Shown: one piece after another, positions 1-12,950 of the stretch | Layout of the letters: each line of letters opens with the position of its first letter | Numbering within the stretch: the first letter of the stretch is position 1 | Assembly (NCBI GenBank): GCA_965113315.1 | Contig: OZ220370.1 | DNA: 64,000 nt | Origin: Podarcis vaucheri | Lineage: Eukaryota | Reading direction: 5' to 3' (one strand) | Notes under the pieces: model-generated | The model's input: the letters and a program-made list of their open reading frames with translations, nothing else | The model's database searches: none | Told to the model about the DNA's origin: nothing | Translations under genes and position numbers: made by a program

Positions 1-1311
1 TCCCATATCCCCAGCAAGGAAGCAAAAACTTGCCAGCCTGGGACTGGTGTGAGGTTATATTCCTACTGAAACCAATGTATTCAGCTATGCCTACAGAGGA
101 ACCAATGGCACAACTTCTCAACTAACCTGAAACCTGTAAGCATAGAAGTCAAGATTGGATGACAACAAAGGAATATGGCATATTGCTGAGCAGGATGTAG
201 CCAAATTGAGGTCCAGTTGATTAAATGGGAGTGTTAAATTATGTGCTTAAATTTCTTCACTTAAAGCCACCAGAGCCTCAAAGTGCTTAACTTAGGGTTG
301 TGCTTATTGTTGAGTCAATGGAGCAACCAATCTGCTTGAATGTAATATCTATCTTTCACATACACACCCCAAAGTTTGGAGGGGTCATCCAAGTTCTCTG
401 GCCATCCATAAGATTCACCTAACAATAGGAATTGGTATGGTCCAGAGAAAGTGCATGTAGAAAGTCCTGCCAGACTTTGGAAGCAAAGAAAATAAGAATG
501 CTGTGTGACAGGCATGTTCTATGATTTCTTTTGCTGCTCAGTGGTTTGTATCAGTCCTGCATGCCAAATAGAGTGTTTCTGACAGCATCACTTCCCTTGG
601 TTCCTTTAAGTTACAGGCTGCAGATATCTCATAAACTCACTTTTCCTTCAGATCAAAACTATAGCTGAGTGAACAGCTGCCCAAAAGGATGTACACCAGT
701 TATATCTGAAGAATGATAATCTCAGATCCACCTCTGAGTTTAGTGTGTGTGCACACGCGTGTGCCTAGCTATGGTTTTTTTTTAGCCTGTCCAAAGATAT
801 GAGGAACTAGCATGAAATGGAATTCAGCAAACAGATAGGTTGCAGAGGGGGATAGATCAATTGCGGTAGAGATTAGAACTTCAGAGTTCTAAAAACTCTC
901 AGTGGTTTTATTCAGTAAATCAGGAACACCCAGAAACACATACAATTGAATGGCTTCAGTGCTGAACAAAGAGAAAGATGGAGTGGTGGATAAACAAACT
1001 TCAGCAGGCACTTAAGCACTAGGAAATGATGGTTCCACAAATGATTTAACAGAGCACTATAGTACATAACAATATGCATCCTCAGGATGAAGATCCTTCT
1101 ATGAAGCCAGAAATAAGTCCTGTTCAACAAAGATCCTCTATTACTTTAATTATAAGCTTTCTCCATGTGGCTTCTACCTGTTTGGCCTCATCCTTAACAA
1201 GTAGGTTCTTGATTGCAGCTTAATCATGCAATTCCTATATTTTTTAAAGCATACTGTATAATGATTGATTTTGTCTCTTCTGCAATAAAAAGAACATCAA
1301 TAAAAGACTAA

Positions 1312-1397
1312 GGCTGCAATCTGAACCCCACTTATCTGGGAGAAAGTCCCATTGAATTCAATAGGACTTCTGAGTAGACATGGTTAGCATTGTGCTG
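1312..1397. repeat. Old short palindromic dispersed repeat (AAGTCCCATTGAATTCAATAGGACTT core); further copies at ~17015-17100, ~29780-29865, ~43115-43190
   Basis: Recurrent self-complementary ~85-bp motif seen several times in the window. Confidence 0.55.
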
Positions 1398-1957
1398 TAA
1401 ACCGGCTAAGAAACCAATCATATGTAAGGCTGAACAGGAGGCTATTATAGGGGCAGAAGTCACAAGGAGGAATATTATAAGTAAAGGCACAGTAGCCTTA
1501 AAAAAAAAGCATGATAAAACTTCCTCCATTTTCTGGTGGCAAAATATATTGAAAACAATTACTATAATCAGTAATACCTAATATCAAGTTTAAATCGTCA
1601 TAAAATGTGTTATGGAAGATGGTATTATTGGATTGTCTTTGTACTTATTTTTATTATGTGTTTTTATGTACTTTATTGTACTTTTATAGTGTGAACCGCC
1701 CTGAGATCTATGAGTATAGGGCAGAGAGGAAGCGCTAGACTCATCTATTTTTCACCAGCAAAAGCCTGATCATTACCATAAAAGGTGGGTGGAATCAGAA
1801 ATGGTCAGAAATTCAAGATAGATACATGTGTGGTAGAATATGTATAATTAAGGCACCTGCAATTTCTGACACCTGTGATATGGATTCTGTAATTTTACAT
1901 TTGGTTTTTGATTCAGTACAATAATATTAAATAGGCTCTGGAACAGCCCTGGATATA

Positions 1958-2796
1958 CATCCTTGTGCAAATGAATTGAAACAAACAATGTAGTTTATTG
2001 TACAAAACTCACATATACATACATTAGTAATGGATATGAGCTCCACTATTTTTAAGCAGCATTTGAACATGGTTTGGCATGGAGTCTACTTGTTTCGAAC
2101 AGTCACTGTTGATTTTTGGATCCTTGGACCACACTTGATCCAGCCCACCTAGCAGTTTGAAAGCACGTCAAAGTGCAAGTAGATAAATAGGTACCACTCC
2201 GGCGGGAAGGTAAATGGTGTTTCAATGCGCTGCTCTGGTTCGCCAGAAGCGGCTTAGTCATGCTGGCCACATGACCCGGAAGCTGTACGCCAGCTCCCTC
2301 GGCCAATAAAGCGAGATGAGCGTCACAACCCCAGAGTCGGCCACGACTGGACCTCATGGTCAGAGGTCCCTTTACCTTTACCACACTTGAATCAGCGCCT
2401 GAATGAGCTTCTCCATAGTCGTACAGTCTACAGCACGGAGGCGACTTTTGCATATAGCCCACAAGTTCTCAATGGGATTCACGTCCAGGGAATTCCCTGG
2501 CCAATCAAGTATCTGTATTTGCTGCTCTGTCATGAATTTCTTCACCACTTTCGATGTATGACAGGGGCCTAGGTCCTGCTACAATATCCCAGTACCATCA
2601 GGACACCTCTTTTCCAGCTCTGGAATAACTCTTTTTTCGTAGAAACTCAATATATTGTGGCGAGCACATCGTTCCTTCTATTGGCTGCAGGCTTCCAACA
2701 CCATAATGATCAACTGACTTTTCGTGTTTGTTTTGAGTACAGGATTATGAGTAAGATAGAAAACATGCTTTGTTTCAATTAATTTGCACAAGGGTG
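1958..2796 (-). mobile_element. Internally deleted Tc1 (DD34E) DNA transposon, interrupted by a Sauria SINE
   Basis: TIRs CA(T/C)CCTTGTGCAAAT(G/T)AATTGAAACAAA with TA on both sides. The minus strand translates QDLGPCHTSK...WPGNSLDVNPIENLW (D-34-E) and a C-terminus SMPNHVQMLLKNSGAHIHY*. Confidence 0.85.
2139..2379 (+). mobile_element. Sauria SINE, 5'-truncated
   Basis: BovB-like tail GAGTCGGCCACGACT and (ACCTTT)n end; TSD ACCACACTTGA at 2128-2138 and 2380-2390. Confidence 0.85.
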
Positions 2797-3619
2797 TAGG
2801 CAACCCTATATAAGTATACTTACAATCCACAAATTACTTCTGAACAGAACAGTTGAGTGATTTCATATGATTATTCATTTGATTGGATTCTGTATTTACT
2901 TGTGTTCTGCATAATTGTGTGATACACCTACAGCTATCTCTGGCATTGCTTGACCTTTTTGCCTCCATACACACATATGCTGATCACACACACACACACA
3001 CACACACGGATAGTGCTAGCTATAAACAAGAAATAAATCACACTTAACAATGTTACATTTCACCTAAGACTAAAAGCAAAACTATTTCAGTGATCATAAA
3101 GTGCTTATGTAATACAACATCCAATTATAGAAGTTTAACTTTTGTAGTCTCTATTGCAATTATTGCCTTATGGCCTTTGTTCTCCATTGTGCACCATTCA
3201 TTTTTAGATGTGAATGTTGTAAATTAATACAAAGTACGCTGTCTGAATTTGTGATGTGCTAGTTTGGTAGATCAGTTTTTCATGGCTATTACCCTAAGAA
3301 ACTCATGCCAAACTTCCAGGTGCCTGTTTCCTTTAAGACACCAACATTGGCAATAACCCCAAGAGACCTAGCCAATGGAAAGGAAACAGAAGAGTTTCCT
3401 CTGGTGCACATGATGAAGAATTGGCAGTCAGCTATTAAAGATTTTGCAGAGCATACTGTAATACTTCTAACCTGTGCTGTGAGCAGCTTTTTATTGGAAA
3501 CCCATCACAACCAGAGATCAAGAACACCCCATCTCTGCTGTCAGGTTTCAATGTTGTCAAACATCCAATGATGCTTTTACACTGAAGAGTGAAAGCCAAG
3601 AATGGATAGATTCTAGATT

Positions 3620-4402
3620 GTTGTTGTTTGTTGTTTAGTCGTTTAGTCGTGTCCGACTCTTCGTGACCCCATGGACCAGAGCACGCCAGGCACTTCTGTC
3701 CTCCACTGCCTCCCGCAGTTTGATCAAACTCATGCTGGTAGCTTCAAGAACACCATCCAACCATCTCATTCTCTGTCGTCCCCTTCTCCTTGTGCCCTCC
3801 ATCTTTCCCAACATCAGGGTCTTTTCCAGTGAGTCTTCTCTTCTCATGAGGTGGCCAAAGTATTGGAGCCTCAGTTTCACGATCTGTCCTTCCAGTGAGC
3901 GCTCAGGGCTGATTTCCTTCAGAATGGAGAGGTTTGATCTTCTTGCAGTCCATGGGACTCTCAAGAGTCTCCTCCAGCACCATAATTCAAAAGCATCAAT
4001 TCTTCGGCGATCAGCCTTCTTTATGGTCCAGCTCTCACTTCCATACATCACTACTGGGAAAACCATGGCTTTTACTATACGGACCTTTGTTGGCAAGGTG
4101 ATGTCTCTGCTTTTTAAGATGTTGTCTAGGTTTGCCATCGCCTTTCTCCCAAGGAGCAGGTGTCTTTTAATTTCGTGACTGCTGTCACCATCTGCACTGA
4201 TCATGGAGCCCAAGAAAGTAAAATCTCTCACTGCCTCCATTTCTTCCCCTTCTATTTGCCAGGAGGTGATGGGCCCAGTGGCCATGATCTTCGTTTTTTT
4301 GATGTTGAGCTTCAGACCATATTTTGCGCTCTCCTCTTTCACCCTCATTAAAAGGTTCTTTAATTCCTCTTCACTTTCTGCCATCAAGGTTGTGTCATCT
4401 GC
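3620..4402 (-). mobile_element. BovB (RTE clade) LINE, 5'-truncated (C-terminal part of RT)
   Basis: ORF 3635..4387 ends [13 protein letters not shown]; (CAA)n tail; TSD ATTCTAGATT at 3610-3619 and 4403-4412. Confidence 0.95.
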
Positions 4403-5364
4403 ATTCTAGATTAATGACCTGGAAATGTGAATCCTGGGAATCTTCTATAATTAGTTCCCCAAACCCCAAGCAGTCAGAGCCTCTGTGTTACAATAGCTAC
4501 ATGGAGATTGCTTTAAACAGCCTACTCATTGGTACTGCTTCATGTGGCAACTAAGACATGTGCAATGTTTCAGTACATGGACTGTTCTCCATCAGAAGGA
4601 GAACCTTTTGGTGGGGGCTGTAAGTGGCATACAAATGCCGCTGTACCCAAGGGGGTCAAGTCAGGAAGATGCTCAGCCTGTTAAAGCAGCTTCCATACCA
4701 AAACCATTTCAGAGGTTATCCATGTGGCCTTAAACAATAAGGAAACTTGTCCTGGAGGGCCATGCATGTTATATAGTTAGAGGCTGCTGGAATGATGTCT
4801 ACAGCAGCATTGTGTATATCCTTATTCCTTTTCATCCTTTAGCACTGCTAATTTTATGGTCCAATGTGTGCCTTTGTGTTTTCTTCAGATTGTGCCAGTA
4901 TGTCATTTAATGCAGCTGTTAATAATTGAATTTGCCCTGATATATCTGTGATCAAGAAAGTGCTACTTGATTGGGGAGAGTTTAGTGAAGTTGGTTACTT
5001 TTGCAAATCCTTGATTTCTTGATATGAAATAGAAATGTTTCATTTCCATCATGTTTTTTGGCTGTGCTGTGCACTGTGACTTCATTCTGCCTTCATCAAC
5101 ATTATTGATATTTTTGGATACATCTTGCTTTGCGATGCTGACTAGCTAGTAGTGACTTAATCATCCTGGCTTCCACCAACTGTTTTCTGTCTGCTAATAC
5201 TGTTGCCCAACAGAACTAATGATAACATTTTCTACAGTCATCTCAGCAGAGACTGCTCCATTGCACATAAGTCTGCTCAGTATATAAAACTCCCTGACAT
5301 ATTCTTGGAAAGGAACAGAACAGATTACTGTATATCTTTTCTTCCTTTGGTGAATGAGGATCAC

Positions 5365-5565
5365 TGACAGAGGAAGAGGAGTGCGGGGGAAGCGCACCGC
5401 CCCCGGCAACGCGATCTTGGTGGGGTGCCATCACGGCTGTCCCCCACCCGCGCTGGGCACCATCCCCTGCAGGTGGTGTGCCATGTCCCCAGGGCGCATG
5501 CCAGCCCCTCCCCCACCTGTTCTCTGCCCCTCCCCCTGGTGCCGGAGCATGAAGCTCTGCCATTG
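5365..5565. mobile_element. Degenerate GC-rich hAT-like non-autonomous element
   Basis: Ends GCTCTGCCATTG, similar to the TIR of the element at 10642; GC-rich patch in AT-rich DNA. Confidence 0.4.
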
Positions 5566-5820
5566 ATGAGGATATGAGTATTTACCGGTAGGTGCAGAGA
5601 AACAAACAAGTTTGGCTAGAATTCTGGGTATGCAAAAATCGGCAATTTGTTCAGAGTTCCATGCAATCTTGTTGCCTTGTTTATAGGGTTCTTCATCCAT
5701 GAGTTGGCTCATAAATGCATGGCATTTGGATGCCAGTAGTATGGCTGCGTTCTGGCTACTCACTGGTATGTAAAAGCTGCATGAGTAACAGAGGCCCATT
5801 GTATGAGATGCAGGACTGCA

Positions 5821-6062
5821 CAGTGGTACCTCGGGTCACGTACGCTTCAGGTTACATACGCTTCAGGTTACAGACTCCACTAACCCAGAAATAGTGCTTC
5901 AGGTTAAGAACTTTGCTTCAGGATAAGAACAGAAATCGTTCTCCGGCGGCGCGGCGGCAGCGGGAGGCCCCACTAACTGAAGTGGTGCTTCAGGTTAAGA
6001 ACAGTTTCAGGTTAAGAACGAACCTCCAGAATGAATTAAGTACTTAACCCAAGGTATCACTG
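5821..6062 (+). mobile_element. Tc1/mariner-type MITE family A
   Basis: TIR CAGTGGTACCTCGGGT...ACCCAAGGTATCACTG with TA at the 3' flank; internal CTTCAGGTTA repeats. Confidence 0.85.
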
Positions 6063-6780
6063 TATGAGACACTACTTATTATTTTATATCCCACTCTTCC
6101 TCAGAAGACTCCAGCGTGGGTAGCACTCAAAAAACCAGAACATTAAAAACAAATAGCACAAATTTAAAAAGCTCTATTCAATTTGTACACATTAGTGTAC
6201 AAGCCATTTGTTTTAAACATTTAGGTGGCCATTCAGAAGAGGAGGCAAGTTTTCAGCTGGAAGTGAAAGATGGGAAATGTTGGCACAAGCCAGCATAAGT
6301 GATAGGACACTAGAAAACACACACATATAAAGCTTTGAAAAACAGCAACAAAAATACTATGAGCATGTGCAGTTTCAAATTTTAAAAACTTACTTTACTC
6401 ATCATTGGTCTTGCTCTTAGGGCCTTGGTCCAGTCAGTAACTTTCAGCATAACTAGAAGGAGCAAGGGCTGCAAAAGGGGACTTGGTCCTTGTACTGTAA
6501 ACATCAAATTCTACTTCCTTTAACCAGACTGATGCATCTTTGTTCCATGTTTTTCTGTTCCCTACCCCCACAAAAAACAACTTCAATCAATCTTACCAGA
6601 ATCCTATACCCAATTTAACTAAATCAAAGCAAGCCCCATTAAAGATAAAGTGACTTCCTTCCGAGTAGACATATATGTTACTGTACTGTACTATAAGTTA
6701 ACTGCCTGGACTTTATCCATGTAGAGTTTTTTGCATTTGCCATGAAGGGGGGCATTCTTAAACAACCACCCACATGTTGT

Positions 6781-7025
6781 AGAATCTTAGAATTGTAACG
6801 TTGTATGGGAATCCGAGGGTCACTTAGTCCAACCCCCTGCAATGAAGGAATCTCAACTAAAGCATCCAAGACAGATGGCCTTCCAACCTCTGCTTAAAAG
6901 CCTCCAAGGAAGGAGAGCCCACAACTTCCCAAGGAAGACCATTCCACCAGCAAACAGCTATTAATATCAGAAAGTTCTTCCCAATGTTTAGTTGGAATCT
7001 CTGTTCTTGTAACTTGAATCCATTG
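6781..7025 (-). mobile_element. CR1 LINE 3' fragment
   Basis: The minus strand ends ...GCAGGGGGTTGGACTAAGTGACCC...ATTCTAAGATTCT, a CR1-type tail. Confidence 0.75.
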
Positions 7026-9469
7026 ATTGCTATGAAGAAAGGAAAGGCAATGGAGTGGGGGTAAGGAAATCTCTTTGGAGATTGTAAGCAGATACGAAGG
7101 GGGGGGGGAGCAAGAAGCCTGTTGTTAGGACTCAGGGATTCCTGTCACCTGGTGTCCAAAGCAGTTCACTCATCACTGCCTTGTTCATTCATTCACCAAA
7201 GACATGCAGAAGGAATGGCCAGCATATACTTTGAAGTTTTTCTGGACATGATTTCCTTTTTTTCCCTTTACTCTCCAGAGACAGAATAGCTTGCTTTTGT
7301 TTTTAAACAAAAGCTCAGAGTCCAGCAGTCTACCACGGGCCATGAGTCAAACCACTGAAACACTGTGGCTCCAACTCCCATTTCACAGAGTCATTCCAGT
7401 CCAAGAAGATATCAAAAGCTGCATAGAAATCAAGCAGATTTATCAAGCTGTCCTTTCCCTGACACAGGTTATCAATCTGGGCAAGAAAAACGGTTCAGAA
7501 ACCACCCCTGCCTGAAGCCAGAATGACATTGGTCTAGGGAACTGGCTTCTGTTTACAATGCCAACTAACATTTTCAAAGTTCTGTCATTTTGTATATGAA
7601 GCAAATCTTTTGTGTTCAATTCAAATTCAACCCACTCTCTTTTAACATCGACAAGTGAAATAGAACTTTATCCTTTGCTGTAGGAAGAGCCATTGTGAAA
7701 AGATATTGAGACAGCTAAACTGGCTTAAATTCAAGGTAGAATTCTCGGTAGGTCTTCAATGCTGAGTGTTTCTGAAAAGTCAATCCCTCAAATACTGTCA
7801 AGAACAGAATTTTCTGCCATTTGTAAGTATAATATATTATATGCCATCTCTGGTAGTGAGAAATCAACAATTTTTCCAAAGGTCTGAAAAGCAGTGTTAT
7901 CTACAGAATACATGTTTATGAATTTAACACATAAGTTGAGGTTTTTAAATGACCACCGATGCAACAGAGAAACAACATCCTGTTTGTGAAACAATCTCCA
8001 AATAGACTTGTGCAAGTGCCCCCGTATTTCTGGGTTAGGTTATTTCTCTTCCAATAATATCAGTAGCCAATGTGTACATAGCCTTGCCAATCTATGCCTC
8101 AAAACCTGCTTCACTATGCAGTTCATACAAATATATTTAGTATGTATTTAGCGTACATTCTGAACACCACAAGCTAAGGCTCCTTTTCATATGTTATATT
8201 TCTAAAAATCAGCTACACTGCTCAGAAATAGTCACTTCAGCAGTAGACTGTATATATGATTTGGCTATATTTCTAAATATACTGTTCATAGTATCTATTG
8301 GGAAGCTCTTTCGATTCTAGTTCTATAGTGAGCCTTGAAACAGCTTTAGAAATAAAATTGTTTCATTTCATTCAAACCCAATGAATGTTTAGTGGCTTGA
8401 TTGAGCAAGTCAAACCTGTAGTGATTTAAACAAAACTATTAATTCTCTCCTTTATGAATAAGTTAATTTTCCCACAAAGGTCCAAATGTACCTCTTTATT
8501 TGGTGATTTTGTCTGATTAAAACAGCTAACGGCTTCTTTCCACCCAAACAAGATTTATACCCATTTGATTCTATTAAACCACAACAGGCACATCAATCCA
8601 AAGTAATTCTAGTTAATTTACATGTCCCTGCCCACTGGTCTAGAAAACTTTACTTTCTGTACAGAAAACCTCGACTTCCAAATTGAATCCTAATGCAAAC
8701 TTCCAAGGTTCACACCAAGGCCACAATAGATTGCTTTGTAATTGATTGCATTATTTAGTTCAGAAGCTGTCTCAGTATCAAATGTATTACTTTGGAGATA
8801 AGCACACACTCAGCTGTGTTCAAATCTATTTTATTGCCTTGCTTTCTGAATTTGCATGCTGTCTATGCAGTCCTCCCTCCCTCCCCTATTCCTCCTCCTT
8901 CAACGGGACTAAAAATGCCTTAAACCTGAGTTCCTTGTTTTAAAAGATTGGTAGTAAGAGCTATCTTCTCTGTATCTCACTTATTCAGGTCACATCTTTG
9001 GATCATTAGAATATGACTTATGTTTTTATATATGCTGAAAGCTACCCAGAATGCCAGGGGAAACCCAGACAGATGGGCAGGGTATAAATAAAATCATCAT
9101 CATCATCACTAGGTTCATATCTCACAATGCTTATTGATAAGTTTCTGGTGTTCAGGAACTATGGTGATGTAGCTACTAGGATGGTGTGCACTGAATATAA
9201 ATGGTCAGGCATTTGTATTTTATTGTTTGATAGCTCCCTGATTGAAAAATGATACTACATTTGTGTGAATATGAAATAATGAGTCCTGATCAGAGACACG
9301 TTTGGCAGTAGATATATCAATTTTAACATAAAATATACTTGCTAAGAAATGGTTTTCTCCCACATGAAATCCAAAACTATTTGCAGCATTAACACTCAAA
9401 AATGAATTTCTGACAGTGCTGAGCTGATCAGAGTCATACTTTTTGAATGATGGTTCAATTTCTAGAGCC

Positions 9470-9473
<4 letters not shown>

Positions 9474-9516
<43 letters not shown>
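9474..9516. repeat. (GA)n microsatellite
   Basis: Seen directly. Confidence 0.95.
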
Positions 9517-9520
<4 letters not shown>

Positions 9521-10399
9521 TCTTCGGTGTTACTGAAGGATTGTACAAAATTCAAATAACTTAGATGAGTAGGTTATAGATTCCAACTATCACAGTAAAT
9601 CCCTTGTTCTATCAGTTCCCATAAAAAGGTTTCTTTGATTGGGTGATTCAGCACTGCACATGTTAATGTGAGCCCACTGAATAGCTCATGAATATATCCC
9701 AACCCCATTCAGGGCTTTACTCTGAGACTTGTTTTACTTAATAATGACCCAATATACAAGTTTGGGATATTTGAGTCCCCACCACTCCTTTTATTAAGGA
9801 CAATTTTGCTCTACTGCAAACTGAAAATTATGACATAGATGCTGACTTGTTTAAATTATATTATTACATCTGAAGACTTTACTTTCACCCTTTAAACCTC
9901 ACATGTACACAAACATAATGAATGACGTCTGACCTGTCTAATTTATTCAGCCTTATAATACAGCTTTGCATAAGATGTTCAGATCAAATATTAGCTTTGT
10001 TTAGCAACTCTAGACCATGTTGGAGTACATTTTCATTGTTTTAAGATTTAAACAATTTTGCCAGGGGCACAGAAACTTCTCGATCTCGGATAGATCAGTT
10101 GTATTTTTGCCATCTTGAATTACGTCATTTCAGATGTTAAGGACAAATTTTAACTCACAAAATTTACAAATTATGCAAATTGGGAAGAAATGTACAGATA
10201 TGGGGAAAATTTAGCTGTATCGTATTATAATTAAAAACAATCTTGACAATTGAAATCAACAAAACAAAATCCAGGCTAGATAGATACTGTTCCGATTTTA
10301 TTCCCATTACATACCAGGCAGAGGGCTTTCTTGGCAGTGGCACCCACCCTGTGGAACGTCCTTCCACCAGATGTCAAGGAAATAAACAACTATCTGACT

Positions 10400-10538
10400 T
10401 TTAGAAGACATCTGAAGGCAGCCCTGTTTAGGGAGCTTTGTAATGTTTGATTTTTTGTGTGTGTGTTTTAATACCCTGTTGGAAGCCGCCCAGAGTGGCT
10501 GGGGAGGTCTGGCCAGATGGGCGGGGTATAAGTAAGAA

Positions 10539-10588
<50 letters not shown>
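10400..10588 (+). mobile_element. L2-type LINE 3' end with (ATT)n tail
   Basis: CTGAAGGCAGCCCTGTTTAGGG...GGAAGCCGCCCAGAG...GGGCGGGGTATAA then (ATT)n. Related fragments at ~24096-24190 and ~9030-9108. Confidence 0.65.
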
Positions 10589-10589
<1 letters not shown>

Positions 10590-10641
10590 ACAAAGGAAGA
10601 GCCAAATGTGCATTTATAAAATAGGGAGAGAAAGTAGGGGC

Positions 10642-11092
10642 CAGTGGCGTAGCGTGGGGGGTGCCAGGGGTGCCGGCCGCACCGGGCGCAACATCTGGGG
10701 GGGGCGCGCTCGCTCCTCCGGAGTCGCCGAAGAGCCTCGGGCGCAGGCTGTAGCGGAGCCGCATTCTCGCGGAACCGACGAGCTGTGCGCGCGTCCGGGC
10801 TGAAGGCGCCCGGCAGGCAGCGGCTCTCAGCGCTCGCCGCGGAGGACGCGCCAGGCAGCCCCTCCTCACAGCCCCGCCTCCGCCGGTGCTGCTGCAGCTG
10901 CTGGACCGTTGCATTTTCCTCGCCTCTCTGCCCCCTCCTCCTCCGGGCAAGCGGCGTCGTTTGGGCGGCAGCGCCAGCGGCAACTCGCAGGTTAGGGGTT
11001 GGGGGGGGTGCAAATTACTTGCCTTGCCCCAGGTTAGGGGGCGCAAATTACTTGCGTTGCCCCGGGTGCTGACAACTCACGCTACGCTGCTG
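10642..11092. mobile_element. Young hAT-type non-autonomous element with a CpG-rich interior
   Basis: TIRs CAGTGGCGTAGCGTG / CACGCTACGCTGCTG (13 of 15 match); perfect 8-bp TSD GTAGGGGC at 10634-10641 and 11093-11100. Confidence 0.88.
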
Positions 11093-11860
11093 GTAGGGGC
11101 AGATGGGGGCGTGGCACACCGGGCATCAGGGGGGATCTCAGGGTGGTATGGGGGGCTGTAGGGCAGCACGGTGCTGCAAGGGGTGGAGCCACTGCCTGTC
11201 CCTCAAAACACCAGCTACGGAAGTTTTGGCAGCTCTGCTAAAAATAGCACAAGAACTTTGGTGGCTCCCCTAAAACAAATTTGGTCCGACCCAGGCGCTA
11301 ACAGGGGTTGCTATGCCACTGCAAGCTGAAAAGGATTCCCCACCCCTAATCTAGAGTGTGCAACAGATTCCAAACTGAATTTAGACCAGGAGTGTGACAT
11401 TGTTGCCACTAATGCCATGACAGGGCTGGTGCAAAATCCAGTCACACACAGACACAGTTTACATGACTGAATGCAACAACCTTAGTGCATGGGAAGAAAG
11501 TAGCAGAGTAGCCGATGCATCTGGTCCATCTGCCATGCAGAGTTCCAAAGTAAAACACACACGGCGGCAGAATTCTTCAGTAACAGTTTGCTGAGGTTTA
11601 AAAGTGTACAGGTCTTACTGGATCCCCAGGAAGGTTCACAAACTTCAGCTCCTAAGAGCATGTCCAGTTACAGAAGCAAAGAACAGGAAAACAGAAAGAA
11701 AAAAAACCTGACTGATAAACTGAGCTCAGAGGCAGGAGATATATTACCCACCGCTGGGTATATGACCTTGAGTCTCACATGACTGGCCAGATTAGTGACC
11801 CATAAAGCTCACAATCCTTAACATACCAATCCTTAAGAACCCCACTGTTTCTTCTCAAGC

Positions 11861-11865
<5 letters not shown>

Positions 11866-11902
<37 letters not shown>
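11866..11902. repeat. (TG)n microsatellite
   Basis: Seen directly. Confidence 0.95.
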
Positions 11903-11905
<3 letters not shown>

Positions 11906-12554
11906 CTTTGCAGCTGGCTCTGGAGGAAGGGAGGGCAGGTACATTTAGCCAATGGGGCCAGACATCTCCCCCGACCTAAAGAAGACCCCTGGGAATGATG
12001 CTATGTCATGACAGAGCCCTCAAGATCCCACCAATTCTGGCAGTGGTGGAAAGAAGAAAAAAGAAAGAAGAGCAGCTCAGCGCACTGGTGGGGATGTGAA
12101 CTGCCCTCACTGGTCATGAAATTGATTGTTTGAAGAGTGGGTGATAGTTACCTATTCCTGAGTAGATCTGCTTGGATCAAATGAGGGCTGGGTGGCTGTG
12201 CCATGCGTGTGTGTGCATGTATCATAGCCACTTCAGTTGCTCACACACAGCCTTGGAGGGTTGCCCAAGTGTAAATTCAGCCCTTATGACAAGAAATGTT
12301 CACTACCCCAGCTTAGTTTTAGCATGGTCCATTTATGGGCATCATCTGCTATAAAGGAGCCTTCACAGTTTTTAATTGTTCATTTCAGCCTGAAGTGTCT
12401 GGAACATCTTTTTCCAACCCTATTGGGTAAGCTCTAAGTAACAGAGTCTGCAGTCTGAAATATTTGCTATTTAGCACCTTTGTAATATTCCACATAGAGT
12501 TCATATTTCACTTGAACCCGATCACAAATCTTGGCATTCTTAGGGGTAGATGTG

Positions 12555-12950
12555 GTCCATGGAGATCACATAGGAATGTCTAACTAAAAGATGAAATAAT
12601 CAAAGCATCTGGTAGCCAGGGATGAACAAAATCGTTGACAAAATAATCCAGAACTGTACTGTGCCTTATGTGATAAATTTCAGGTGATGTTCACAACCCC
12701 ATTAATTCCATTAATTCCAACAAACCGTGGGAAATATTAGCTTAAGATATAATGGGACACTTTCATGACCAAGCTGCAAAACAAAGATGTATTATTGTGA
12801 TGGTGATTTACTATTACAAAAGGGCAGAAGTTTCATTTTCTGACAAAACTGCTAGACGTAATTAAGTTTATGTCTGCAGTCTTTCCAAAGAAGGTCCTCT
12901 CAAGGAATTAGTGTCTGGCAAAGGTCGACAGCTTATCTCATTTGAAATGG
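12555..12950 (+). mobile_element. Decayed Gypsy-type integrase relic
   Basis: Frameshifted translation gives HGDHIGM...PGMNKIVDKIIQNC (Zn-finger region), PWEILA*DIMG, IIVMVIYYYKRAEVSF and ELVSGKGRQLISFE. Confidence 0.6.

Noticed and set aside
3663-4178. 171-aa plus-strand ORF, repeated at 21173..21688
   Set aside because: Antisense shadow of the BovB RT ORF; duplicated only because the LINE is duplicated.
1-10400. Exons of an upstream gene (e.g. FAM110B by synteny)
   Set aside because: No ORF or exon with recognisable homology was found.
10447-11161. GC-rich ORFs (118-192 aa) or a gene promoter
   Set aside because: They lie across a TIR/TSD-bounded element and an (ATT)n repeat. The translations are low-complexity, with no recognisable domain or exon chain.
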